In this document: piece after piece, positions 55,903 to 64,000 of the stretch
Position numbering within the stretch: the first letter of the stretch is position 1
Layout: each line of letters opens with the position of its first letter
NCBI GenBank assembly: GCA_963704325.1
Contig: OY969885.1
Span: forward strand, 2,286,770-2,350,769
From: an uncultured Chloroflexia bacterium
Lineage (GTDB): Bacteria; Chloroflexota; Limnocylindria; Limnocylindrales; CSP1-4
DNA length: 64,000 nucleotides
Reading direction: 5' to 3'
The notes under the pieces: model-generated
Told to the model about the DNA's origin: nothing
Database searches by the model: none
Seen by the model: the letters and a program-made list of their open reading frames with translations, nothing else
Position numbers and translations under genes: made by a program

Positions 55903-58900
55903 CTCCTCGGCACGGACATCCGCGCGCGATTTGTGCGCGGCGGCTCCTGGCGTAGCTCGATTGAGCGGCATGGGATGATCCAGCCGGGAGAGGAGGGGCG
56001 GCGAGCCCAGGCGAGTCCACAGCTCACGGGCCTCATCTGCGGCCTGCGCCACCTCGGGAATGGAGCGATCGAGCCCGACGGCCATGTCCGTGAGCAGCAG
56101 GCCAAGACTCAGGACCACGCCACTCTCGCGCCAGCCGTTGGCCGCCTCGCGGAAAAGCGCCAGCGCTTCGTCAACTCGGCCGTCGATTGCCGCGAGATTT
56201 GCGTATGCCTGGGTGCGCAGCAGCCGGAACATCCGGCCTGGTGCAGGCAATGCCACGAACCGCTCCGATGCCTCGCGCACACGTTCTGGCTTACCCATCC
56301 AGAAGGCAACGCTAGCCGCCCACGTTGAGGCCTCGGCGGCCGACTGCGACATGTCGCTGTTCATGGCCTCGGCCAGGATCATCTCGCTCTGCTCCAGATC
56401 TCCGCGCAGCGCCAGTATCTGACCCTCGAGCAGCTTCGCGTTCACGCTCATGGTGGCAAGGCTGGCCTTGGCCAGCAAAGGCCGCAGTCCTTCGAGCAGG
56501 CGGTCCACCGTGTCGAAGTCGCCACGCAGGGCGAGGAAGAGTGCCGTCGTCTGCGCGAGCCCGAGGCGGCCGCCCAGCCCTTCCGTTTCCTCGGCTTCAG
56601 CGATGATCCGCGCTACCTCGTCCCACTCGCCGAGGTAGATCAATGGGATTGTGAGCAGGCCCTGGAAGTAGTTGACCTGGCCCGGTGAACCAACCTGCGC
56701 CGCCCGCTCGATCGCTGAGCGCAGCATGGTTGCGGCTGCGGCCATGTCCTCGTAGGCTAAGCCGGCCGACAGGTTGTTGATCGCGCGCCACTGTGTCCGG
56801 CGCAGCTTGTACCGGTCGGCAAGATCGACGACGCCAATGACGATGGCCATCGTCTCGTACAGCCTGCCCTGGTGGTAGATGGACAGCGCGCGGTTGAGCA
56901 GTGCTTCGGCAATGACTGGAACCAACTGGCGTTGGTCGGCCTTGGCCAGCACTCGATCGGCCATTGCCAGCGCTCGGGGATCGCGCAGGTTGGCATACAC
57001 GCGCCCAAGCTCGGACTCGAGTCGAATGACCTCAGGCTCTTCTTCGAGCGACTCCGTTAGAGCGACCGCCTCCTCCAGCAGCGGCAGCGCCTCAGCGGGC
57101 CGATAGACCATCTGGAGAGCGACCGAGATTCCTGTCACCGCTTCGGCAAGACCGCGCAGGTCGTTCGCGCCGCGATACAGGTCAGCCGCCTTCTCATAGT
57201 GCTCACGAGCACGTAAGGGGTTGGCGTCCGTTGCCTCGTCGCCGGCCCTGACATACAGCGCAGCCTGTTCGACCGGCTCATTGGTCAGAGTGAGGGCGCT
57301 CAGGATGTACGTCTCAGCCAGCGGGTGCGACCCCAGGCTGGCGGCCCGGTCGGCGGCCGCCTTCAGGGCCAGTCTGGACTGCCCGGCCAGCGCGTCTGCC
57401 TCGGGCCCCGGCCGCGCATTCCGCTGCGCGGCCAGGTAGTGCTCGGCCAGCACACCGGCCAGCTCATCATCGCCGCGACTCTCGAACCAGCGCGCGGCGG
57501 CCAGGTGGCGGGTCTTGCGTTCGTCGCGCGCCAGCTGGTTGTAGGCAACTTCGCGCACTATCGCCTGCACGAAGCTGTGCTGGCCGCGCTCGTGGGAGCG
57601 GGGGTCGTTGTCGATTGCGAGCAGCTCGCGCCGGACCAGGGTGACGAGCGTCGAACGAACAACCTCCTCGTCGGCGCCTGACGCCGCCGTCAAGCTCTCG
57701 GCGCTGAAGGTGTGTCCCAGCACGGCGGCGTCCTGAAGAATCGACTTTTCGCGCGCTCCGAGACCGTCAAGTCGCGCGGCCACGAGGGCGGCCAGCGTTT
57801 CGGGCACCGCGATCGTGGTGAGATCCGTCACTGGGCGATAGCTGTCTCCTTCGGCAACGACCTTGCCCTCGCTGAGCAGCATGCGCACCGTCTCGACCGC
57901 GTACAGCGGCACGCCGTCGGCGCGACCGATGATGGCGGAGACAAGCTGTTCGGGCAGACCCGGAACGAGTCCGGCGAGCAGATCACGCATCGCTTCGTCT
58001 GGAAGCGGATCGAGGACCATGGACATGAAGGTGCGTCGTCCGGCACCCCAGTCGGCTCGGCGATCGAAGAGATCGGGCCTTGCGAGCGTGACCACAAAGA
58101 GCGGCAGCGACCTCGTCGAGTCCAGCAGGAACTCGATGAAGTCGATCATGCCGCTGTCCGCCCATTGCAGGTCCTCGAACAGCAACACGGTCGTGCCTCG
58201 CTCGGCGATGCGCTGGAAGAAGGTGCGCCATGCGGCGAACAGCTCGTCGCGGCCGCCCGCCGGCGCATCGCCCAGCCCGAGCAGTGCGAGCAGCGATGCC
58301 TCGAGCCAGCGCCGCTCGGCGTCATCGGCCGCCCACTCCAGGGCGGCCGCGCCAACCTTCCCGCGCGTGGTCGAATCGTCGTCGCCCTCCTGCAACTCGC
58401 ATCGGCGACGGACCATCTCGCCAAGAGCCCAAAACGTGATTCCTTCGCCGTACGACGGGCAGCGCCCGGTATGCCAGTACGTGTTGTCAACGAGCCCGTC
58501 GGTGTACTTGGAGAGCTCCCATGCGAGTCGGCTCTTGCCGATGCCGGCCGGTCCGGTGACCGAGACCAGCCTTGGCCGGCGATCGCGGGCGCTGGCGTGA
58601 AAAGTCTCGACCAGCAGCCGGAAATCTTCCTCACGCCCAACGAAGGGCGCTTCGAGGGCATCGGCTCGATTGCGGCCACCGACCTCGGCGACGACGCGAA
58701 GCGCGCGGAACGCCGGCACGGGCGCTGCTTTGCCCTTCAGCATCTGCTCGCCCGCGGCTTCGAACTGGATTGCCCTGTTCGCGGCACGCTCGGTCGCCTC
58801 GCCGACCAGGACCGTGCCCTCCGGCGCAATTGATTGCAGACGACTGGCCGTGTTGACCAGATCACCGGCGACCATGCCCTCACCAGTGGCGCCCACTGTG

Positions 58901-59412
58901 ACCGCAGCCTCGCCGGTCAGGACCGCGGCGCGGGCGCGGATGTCCGGGCCCAGGCCCTTGACGGCGTCAACCAAGCCGAGTGCGGCTCGAACGGCGAGCT
59001 CCGCATCGTTCTCGCGTGCCACAGGTGCGCCCCAGATGGCCATCACAGCGTCACCGATGAACTTCTCGACCGTGCCGCCGTGGCGCGAGATCACCTCCCT
59101 GGCAAGCGCGAAGTAGCTCGACAGGAGCTCGCGCGTCTCCTCCGGGTCGCGATCCTCGCTGAGCGCGGTGAACCCAACCAGATCGGCGAACAGGACGGAT
59201 ACGAGTCGCCGTTCGGCCGTCGGCGTCTTCGTCGGCGCCAGGACCAAGCCGCCGCCGCCGCTGACGAGCGAGTTGCCGCAGTTGCCGCAGAACTTCGAGT
59301 CTGGCGAGTTGCTCGCTCCGCAGCTCGGGCAGCCCGCTGAAAGGGGAGTGCCGCACTCCTTGCAGAACTTCCGGCCGGCCTCATTCTCAGTAGCGCAGTT
59401 CGAGCAGATCAA
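55888..59412 (-). CDS. double zinc-ribbon / class III adenylate-guanylate cyclase / P-loop NTPase / TPR signalling protein (intact paralogue)
   Basis: 1174-aa ORF. The N-terminus MICSNCATENEAGRKFCKECG...CPSCGAS..CGNCG is a double zinc ribbon. The CHD core is VSVLFADLVGFTAL...GDAVMAIWG. The P-loop is GPAGIGKSRL. The C-terminal half is TPR-like. Confidence 0.75.
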   Translation of the reverse strand: MICSNCATENEAGRKFCKECGTPLSAGCPSCGASNSPDSKFCGNCGNSLVSGGGGLVLAPTKTPTAERRLVSVLFADLVGFTALSEDRDPEETRELLSSYFALAREVISRHGGTVEKFIGDAVMAIWGAPVARENDAELAVRAALGLVDAVKGLGPDIRARAAVLTGEAAVTVGATGEGMVAGDLVNTASRLQSIAPEGTVLVGEATERAANRAIQFEAAGEQMLKGKAAPVPAFRALRVVAEVGGRNRADALEAPFVGREEDFRLLVETFHASARDRRPRLVSVTGPAGIGKSRLAWELSKYTDGLVDNTYWHTGRCPSYGEGITFWALGEMVRRRCELQEGDDDSTTRGKVGAAALEWAADDAERRWLEASLLALLGLGDAPAGGRDELFAAWRTFFQRIAERGTTVLLFEDLQWADSGMIDFIEFLLDSTRSLPLFVVTLARPDLFDRRADWGAGRRTFMSMVLDPLPDEAMRDLLAGLVPGLPEQLVSAIIGRADGVPLYAVETVRMLLSEGKVVAEGDSYRPVTDLTTIAVPETLAALVAARLDGLGAREKSILQDAAVLGHTFSAESLTAASGADEEVVRSTLVTLVRRELLAIDNDPRSHERGQHSFVQAIVREVAYNQLARDERKTRHLAAARWFESRGDDELAGVLAEHYLAAQRNARPGPEADALAGQSRLALKAAADRAASLGSHPLAETYILSALTLTNEPVEQAALYVRAGDEATDANPLRAREHYEKAADLYRGANDLRGLAEAVTGISVALQMVYRPAEALPLLEEAVALTESLEEEPEVIRLESELGRVYANLRDPRALAMADRVLAKADQRQLVPVIAEALLNRALSIYHQGRLYETMAIVIGVVDLADRYKLRRTQWRAINNLSAGLAYEDMAAAATMLRSAIERAAQVGSPGQVNYFQGLLTIPLIYLGEWDEVARIIAEAEETEGLGGRLGLAQTTALFLALRGDFDTVDRLLEGLRPLLAKASLATMSVNAKLLEGQILALRGDLEQSEMILAEAMNSDMSQSAAEASTWAASVAFWMGKPERVREASERFVALPAPGRMFRLLRTQAYANLAAIDGRVDEALALFREAANGWRESGVVLSLGLLLTDMAVGLDRSIPEVAQAADEARELWTRLGSPPLLSRLDHPMPLNRATPGAAAHKSRADVRAEESASA

Positions 59413-59488
59413 GTTGCCAGACTAGCGACTGCGACAAGACGCGCGACTGCTCATTTGTGGCCTGTATGTAGTGGTACGCTGTGCTCGC

Positions 59489-59506
59489 GCCACTAGCGGT
59501 AGTGGC
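59489..59506 (+). promoter_or_regulatory. NrdR-box-like palindrome GCCACTAGCGGTAGTGGC
   Basis: It is a perfect 7-bp inverted repeat (CCACTAG / CTAGTGG arms). It lies 23 nt upstream of the nrdR GTG, just before the AGGAGGA RBS. Confidence 0.4.
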
Positions 59507-59528
59507 TGACAGGAGGAAATGCCACAAG

Positions 59529-60059
59529 GTGCGCTGTCCCAGCTGCGGTGAGCGAGACACCCGCGTAGTCGACTCGCGCGACATTGATGACGCGGCCATC
59601 CGCCGGCGCCGCGAGTGCAACCTGTGCGCGGCGCGCTTCACAACGTACGAGCGTGTCGAGGCGGCGCGCCTGACGGTGGTCAAAAGTGACGGGCGGCGCG
59701 AGGAGTTCGACCGCGAGAAGCTCGCCGACGGCCTGTCGAAGGCGCTCACCCGGCGCCCCGTCGCGGACGACGCTGCGGACGCTGCGGCAGAAGAGATAGA
59801 GGTGGCCCTGCGTGCCCGCGGCACGTCCGAGGTGCCGTCCGGTCTGATCGGCGAGATGGCCATGGACAAGCTGCGCGAGCTGGACCAGATCGCCTACATC
59901 CGCTTCGCCAGCGTCTACCAGAGTTTCGAGGACATCGAGCAGCTGCGGCGCGAGGTGGACAGCTTGCTCGCCGAGCGTGAAGAGATCGAATCGGATACGG
60001 ACGGTCGCGCGGGAGGCGGTGGCGGCAGCGCCGGTGGCAAGCGCTACCCCAAGCGCTGA
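59529..60059 (+). CDS. nrdR: transcriptional repressor NrdR
   Basis: The protein begins (M)RCPSCGERDTRVVDSR, a zinc ribbon, followed by an ATP-cone domain. The GTG start lies 9 nt after AGGAGGA. Confidence 0.85.
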   Translation: MRCPSCGERDTRVVDSRDIDDAAIRRRRECNLCAARFTTYERVEAARLTVVKSDGRREEFDREKLADGLSKALTRRPVADDAADAAAEEIEVALRARGTSEVPSGLIGEMAMDKLRELDQIAYIRFASVYQSFEDIEQLRREVDSLLAEREEIESDTDGRAGGGGGSAGGKRYPKR

Positions 60060-60088
60060 TCCCGCGTCGTCGCCCATAATCGGATCCA

Positions 60089-60691
60089 GTGGCAGTCCTT
60101 TCCGACCGTGACATCCGCGCCGCCCTGCAGGCTGGGCGCGTGCGCATCGACCCTTACGACGCGACCTGCCTGCAGCCGTCGTCGGTCGACCTGCACCTCG
60201 ATGCGGACTTCCGCGTCTTCCGCAATAACCGCTACCCGTACATCGACGTCCGCGCGCCGCAGCCGGACCTGACCGAGCTCGTCTCGATCGGCGAGGACGA
60301 GCCGTTCATCCTGCACCCAAACGAGTTCGTCCTTGGCCAGACGCTGGAGTGGGTGGAGTTGCCGGACGACCTGGTCGCGCGACTGGAGGGCAAGAGCTCT
60401 TTGGGCCGGCTCGGGCTGCTGATCCACTCGACTGCCGGCTACGTCGACCCCGGCTGGAAGGGCAATCTCACTTTGGAGCTGTCCAACGTGGCCAACCTGC
60501 CCATCGCGCTGTACCGCGGCATGAAGATCGGCCAGATCTCCTTCTTCAAGATGTCCAGTGCAGTCGAGCGGCCGTACGGCTCGCGCGAGCTCGGCTCCAA
60601 GTACCAGGGCCAGTCGAGCCCGACCGAGTCGCAGTTCTACAAGGACTTCGACGCCCAGAAGGCAGTCCCCAAGGGCGGCCCGCGACGCTGA
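60089..60691 (+). CDS. dcd: dCTP deaminase
   Basis: The motifs VDLHLD and [12 protein letters not shown] are present. The gene is 30 nt downstream of nrdR. Confidence 0.8.
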   Translation: MAVLSDRDIRAALQAGRVRIDPYDATCLQPSSVDLHLDADFRVFRNNRYPYIDVRAPQPDLTELVSIGEDEPFILHPNEFVLGQTLEWVELPDDLVARLEGKSSLGRLGLLIHSTAGYVDPGWKGNLTLELSNVANLPIALYRGMKIGQISFFKMSSAVERPYGSRELGSKYQGQSSPTESQFYKDFDAQKAVPKGGPRR

Positions 60692-60698
60692 CGCTGTC

Positions 60699-61557
60699 GT
60701 GCTGAGCCAGAGCGTCGACTGGAGCGCAGACCTGGGTGGCGGGGTGCGCATCGCGCTGATTCAGGCCGGGACGTTCACCTCTGACGCGGGAACGGTCTTT
60801 GGTCCCGTGCCGCGAATCATGTGGGAGCGCCTTGTCGAGGCCGAGATCAACCCAGACAACACGCTGACCCAGGCGCTCAACTGCCTCCTGGTCGAGACGC
60901 CGGCCGGCCGCGTGCTGGTCGAGACGGGCATCGGCGAGCACATGGACGAGACGCGCAGGCAACACCGGGGAGTGGCCGGCCACGCCATCCTGCCCGCTCT
61001 GGGCGCGGCCGGGTTCGAGCCGGACACGATCGACGTCGTCGCGGTCAGCCACCTTCACTTCGATCACGCCGGCGGCTTCCTTACCGCCCAGGGCGGGCGC
61101 GCGTTCCCACGCGCTCGGATCGTCGCGCAGGCCGACGAGTGGGAGTTCGCGCTGGGCACGAACCCGCGCCTCCAGGCATCGTATGAGCAGGACGACCTGC
61201 GCATGGCCGAGAACGTGGGCGCGGCCGGGGTCGCCACGCGGCGACGAAGAGGTGCTGCCCGGCGTGACCGTCGTGCGCACGGGCGGCCACTCCGGCGGCC
61301 ACCAGGCCATCGTCGTGCGCGGCCCGAATGAGACAGTCGGCTTCTTTGGCGATCTGTGCATGCGGCCGTGGAGTGCCAACCCGCGCTGGGTGCCGTCATT
61401 CGATGACTTCCCGCTGACCTCGGTCGAGGTGAAGGCGTCACTCTTCCGCCAGGCGACAGAGGAGGGCTGGACGGTCGTGCTGTCGCATGAGCCGCGCCGG
61501 CCGGTCGGCCGCTTCGTAGCCGACCGCGACCGCTACCGCTTCGAGCCGACGCTCTAG
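60699..61557 (+). pseudogene. MBL-fold metallo-hydrolase, one frameshift near 61230-61250
   Basis: The metal-binding motif SHLHFDHAGG lies in frame 60558. The C-terminal part (GGHSGGHQAIVV...) lies in ORF 61183-61557. Confidence 0.6.
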
Positions 61558-61671
61558 TACCCGGCGTCGGCGTGGCCCGACGCGACAGCCGGCAGGGGCC
61601 GAACGGCACTTACTGGGTCCCTTACGCTGGTTAGAGGCGGGCAGCACACCCCGCTCAGAAAGGAGCGGCCA

Positions 61672-62496
61672 ATGGAGACCGCCAATCCCGTCCTCGGTAG
61701 CATCGACGCGGAGCCCATCGCGCGTGACCGCGCAAGAAACCTGTTTCGCTGGAACGCAGTCCTGGCTGTCCTGCACGCCGTCCAGGGCAGCGCGATCCTG
61801 GCCCTCTCTTTCACGCGCGACCCAATCGTCAGCGCTCCGATCGTCAGCAGCTACCTGAGCTTCGACAGCGCCACGCAGACGCTCATCCAGGCCCAGCGGC
61901 CGCTGTTCGACCTGCCCATCGGCCCCGCCGTGGCGACGTTCTTCTTCATGAGCGCAGTGGCCCACGCCCTGCTCGCGTGGCCGTTGCGGCGCTGGTACGA
62001 GGCGCGCCTCGGGGAGGGCATCCAGCCCATGCGCTGGATCGAGTACGCGCTCAGCTCGAGCGTGATGATCGTGGTCATCGCCACCCTGGCCGGCATCCAG
62101 GAGATCGGCACCCTGATCGCCATCTTTGGCGCCAACGCGGCGATGAACCTGTTCGGCTGGTCGATGGAATCGGCCAACCTGGGCCGGGCCAAGGTGCAGT
62201 GGAACCACTACGTCTTCGGCGTCATCGCCGGCATCGTGCCCTGGCTGGTGATCGGCATCGCGCTCTGGTCGTCGGCCACGGCGACGGCGGCGGTAGCCAT
62301 CCCGACCTTCGTCATCGTCATCTTCGTGTCGCTCTTCCTGGCCTTCAACGTCTTCGCCATCACGATGGTCCTGCAGTACGGCAAGATCGGCCGCTGGCGT
62401 GACTACCTGGTCGGCGAGAAGACGTACATGCTGCTCAGCCTGCTGGCCAAATCACTCCTCGCCTGGCAGGTCTTCGCCGGCACCCTGCGGCCGTGA
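61672..62496 (+). CDS. heliorhodopsin
   Basis: 274 aa, 7 TM helices. The segments RWIEYALSSSVMIVVIATLAGI, NLFGW, GIVPW and SLFLAFNVFA...GEKTYMLLSLLAKSLLAWQVFAGTLRP align closely with heliorhodopsin 48C12, including the retinal Schiff-base Lys in SLLAKSLLAW. The RBS AAAGGAG lies 8 nt upstream. Confidence 0.8.
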   Translation: METANPVLGSIDAEPIARDRARNLFRWNAVLAVLHAVQGSAILALSFTRDPIVSAPIVSSYLSFDSATQTLIQAQRPLFDLPIGPAVATFFFMSAVAHALLAWPLRRWYEARLGEGIQPMRWIEYALSSSVMIVVIATLAGIQEIGTLIAIFGANAAMNLFGWSMESANLGRAKVQWNHYVFGVIAGIVPWLVIGIALWSSATATAAVAIPTFVIVIFVSLFLAFNVFAITMVLQYGKIGRWRDYLVGEKTYMLLSLLAKSLLAWQVFAGTLRP

Positions 62497-62724
62497 CGTT
62501 GGACCGAGCCGCGCCGCTCGCTCAGGCGCGTCGTTGGCGACGTCGCGGGCCTGGCGCTGCGGATATCAGCCACGCTGATAGGGGTGGCTCTGCAGCGCCC
62601 CAAGCACCCCACGCCCGGCCGCTGGCCCACCGGCACGAGCGTGAAACTGGCGAGTTTCGCCCGTAGCCACCCCATAGGGCAGGGATTGCCGCGCCCATAT
62701 CGGCGTGGCGGATAATCGGCCGGC

Positions 62725-63317
62725 TTAGGTCCCGGCGATGAGTGGCGCGAGGATCTGCTCTGCCTGGGCGCGGTTGACCGGGCCAAGCACGACCTGGCGG
62801 ATCACCCCGTCGCGATCAAGGAAGAGCTGGGTGGGCAGCCCGAACGCCTGGTACGTGTGGAAGATGGCCGACGTGCCGTCGAAGCCCACGGTGTACTCCA
62901 GGTCGTAGCGATCAACGTAGGCGCGCACGTCGTCGATCGTCGTCTCCTGGACGCTGATCGCCACGATCGCCAGCCCGTCGTCCGCGTACGCCTCGTGCAG
63001 GTCGCGCAGGACGGGCGTCTCCTCCTGGCACGGCGGGCACCACGATGCCCAGAAGTTGATCCACACCGGCCGGCCGCGCAGGTCGGCGAGGACGATCGGA
63101 TTGCCGTCCAGGTCGCGTCAGCTGCACGGTTTCCCCGTCGATGACGCCGCTGAACTCGGGCGCGATATCGCCGATGCTCAGGCCAGGCACCGCGCTCCCG
63201 ACAGGCACGAAGCTGCTGCCCGGACTCGGCAGCGTGGGATCGGTCGGCCGCGCGATGCGGCGACGACAGGACGACGAGCAATGCCGCCGTGACCGCCACC
63301 GCGCCAAGGACCAGCAC
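62725..63317 (-). pseudogene. TlpA/ResA-like thiol-disulfide oxidoreductase (thioredoxin fold, WCPPC), frameshifted
   Basis: The C-terminal thioredoxin domain WINFWASWCPPCQEE is in ORF 62725-63066. The N-terminal TM anchor and linker lie in two other minus frames (63317 and 63343 starts). Confidence 0.6.
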
Positions 63318-63396
63318 CAGCTGGCGCAGGCTGAACGGGCCAAGAAAGGGCCGCCGCCATCTGTCGGCTGACCGCGGAGACTCGGTCGGGGCGGGG

Positions 63397-64000
63397 TCAG
63401 TCGGTCATACCTGCGGCCACAGGAAGCTGAAAGCCCGGGCGAAGATGGCCAGCCAGTCGAACAGGATGGCGAGGCCGATGATCACCACCAGCGCACCACC
63501 GATCAGCTCGATCTGGCGACCATGGGCGATGAACCAGCGCGACAGCCGGGTGACGCCGATCCATGCCCAGCGCCAGAAGTAGGAAGGGCACGGCCAGGCC
63601 GATCGAGTAGGCGACGAGCAGGAGGACGACCTGCGGGCTGGCCGACACGGCGCGACAGGGTGAGGATGGCGCCCAGCGTGGGCCCGATGCACGGCGTCCA
63701 GCCGATGGCGAAGACGGAGCCGAGCGCAAACGCACCCAGCGGGTTGCGCGCCGCGGCGCCACCCAGCGGCTGCTTCCCGAACTGGGTCTGACCGGGCCGG
63801 AAGGTGCGTGCCAGGAACGGGATGCGCAGCACGCCCATCAGGTTGAGCCCGAGCACGATGAGCACGATCCCGCCGACCTGGCGCAGCAAGGGCAGGTTCT
63901 CGCGCAGCGGCCCGGCGGCCACGTAGGCGGTCACGCCGAGCAGCGTGAACACGGCGCCGAATCCAAGCACGAAGGCGATCGCGTGGGGCAGGGCGCGCCA
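63397..64000 (-). pseudogene. ccdA: cytochrome c biogenesis protein CcdA (DsbD-family thiol-disulfide transporter), 5' end beyond the window, frameshifted
   Basis: The TM segments read GWTPCIGPTLGAILTLS and IVLGLNLMGVL. The gene is split between minus frames 63503-63970 and 63405-63692 and runs off the window end. Confidence 0.55.

Noticed and set aside
62530-62581. Short palindromes (GCGACGTCGC at ~62538; TATCAGC-CAC-GCTGATA at 62564-62580) between convergent heliorhodopsin and tlpA genes as possible bidirectional terminator
   Set aside because: The stems are short and have 3-nt loops. No flanking T/A run is present. They are not convincing intrinsic terminators and are noted only as candidate protein-binding palindromes.

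Overview
The window is a 64 kb, roughly 70 % GC, gene-dense bacterial chromosomal segment, almost entirely core housekeeping genes on both strands.

Gene order matches high-GC Actinobacteria of Mycobacterium-like layout: tlyA-nadK-recN-xerD, scpA-scpB-rluB/cmk-plsC, ispH-der-gpsA, alaS...ruvX-mltG, pepP-efp, iscS-mnmA. It also carries hisS, aspS, bipA, dxs, xseAB, a moeA-moaC-mog operon, one tRNA-Pro(GGG), and an etfD / acyl-CoA dehydrogenase / etfBA electron-transfer cluster.

No CRISPR array, transposase, phage integrase or rRNA is visible.

Beyond housekeeping genes the window contains:
- two paralogous large signalling proteins (double zinc ribbon, class III nucleotidyl cyclase, P-loop NTPase, TPR). 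One of them is split by a single in-frame TAA.
- a heliorhodopsin next to thioredoxin-like TlpA and CcdA.
- an FtsA-type actin-fold ATPase plus a bitopic membrane protein, wedged into the otherwise conserved alaS-ruvX-mltG block.
- an rluB-cmk gene fusion.
- a NlpC/P60 hydrolase behind a long structured leader.
- an NrdR-box-like palindrome in front of nrdR-dcd.

Many otherwise clearly recognisable essential genes are broken by single-base frameshifts, most densely between ~25.1 and 33.3 kb: aspS, bipA, pepP, efp, xseA, dxs, tlyA, recN, xerD, etfD and others. The pattern looks like indel errors in the assembly rather than real pseudogenisation. Below they are typed pseudogene only because the frame is broken in the sequence as given.

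All calls rest on reading the supplied six-frame translations and the DNA by eye. No database search was run.
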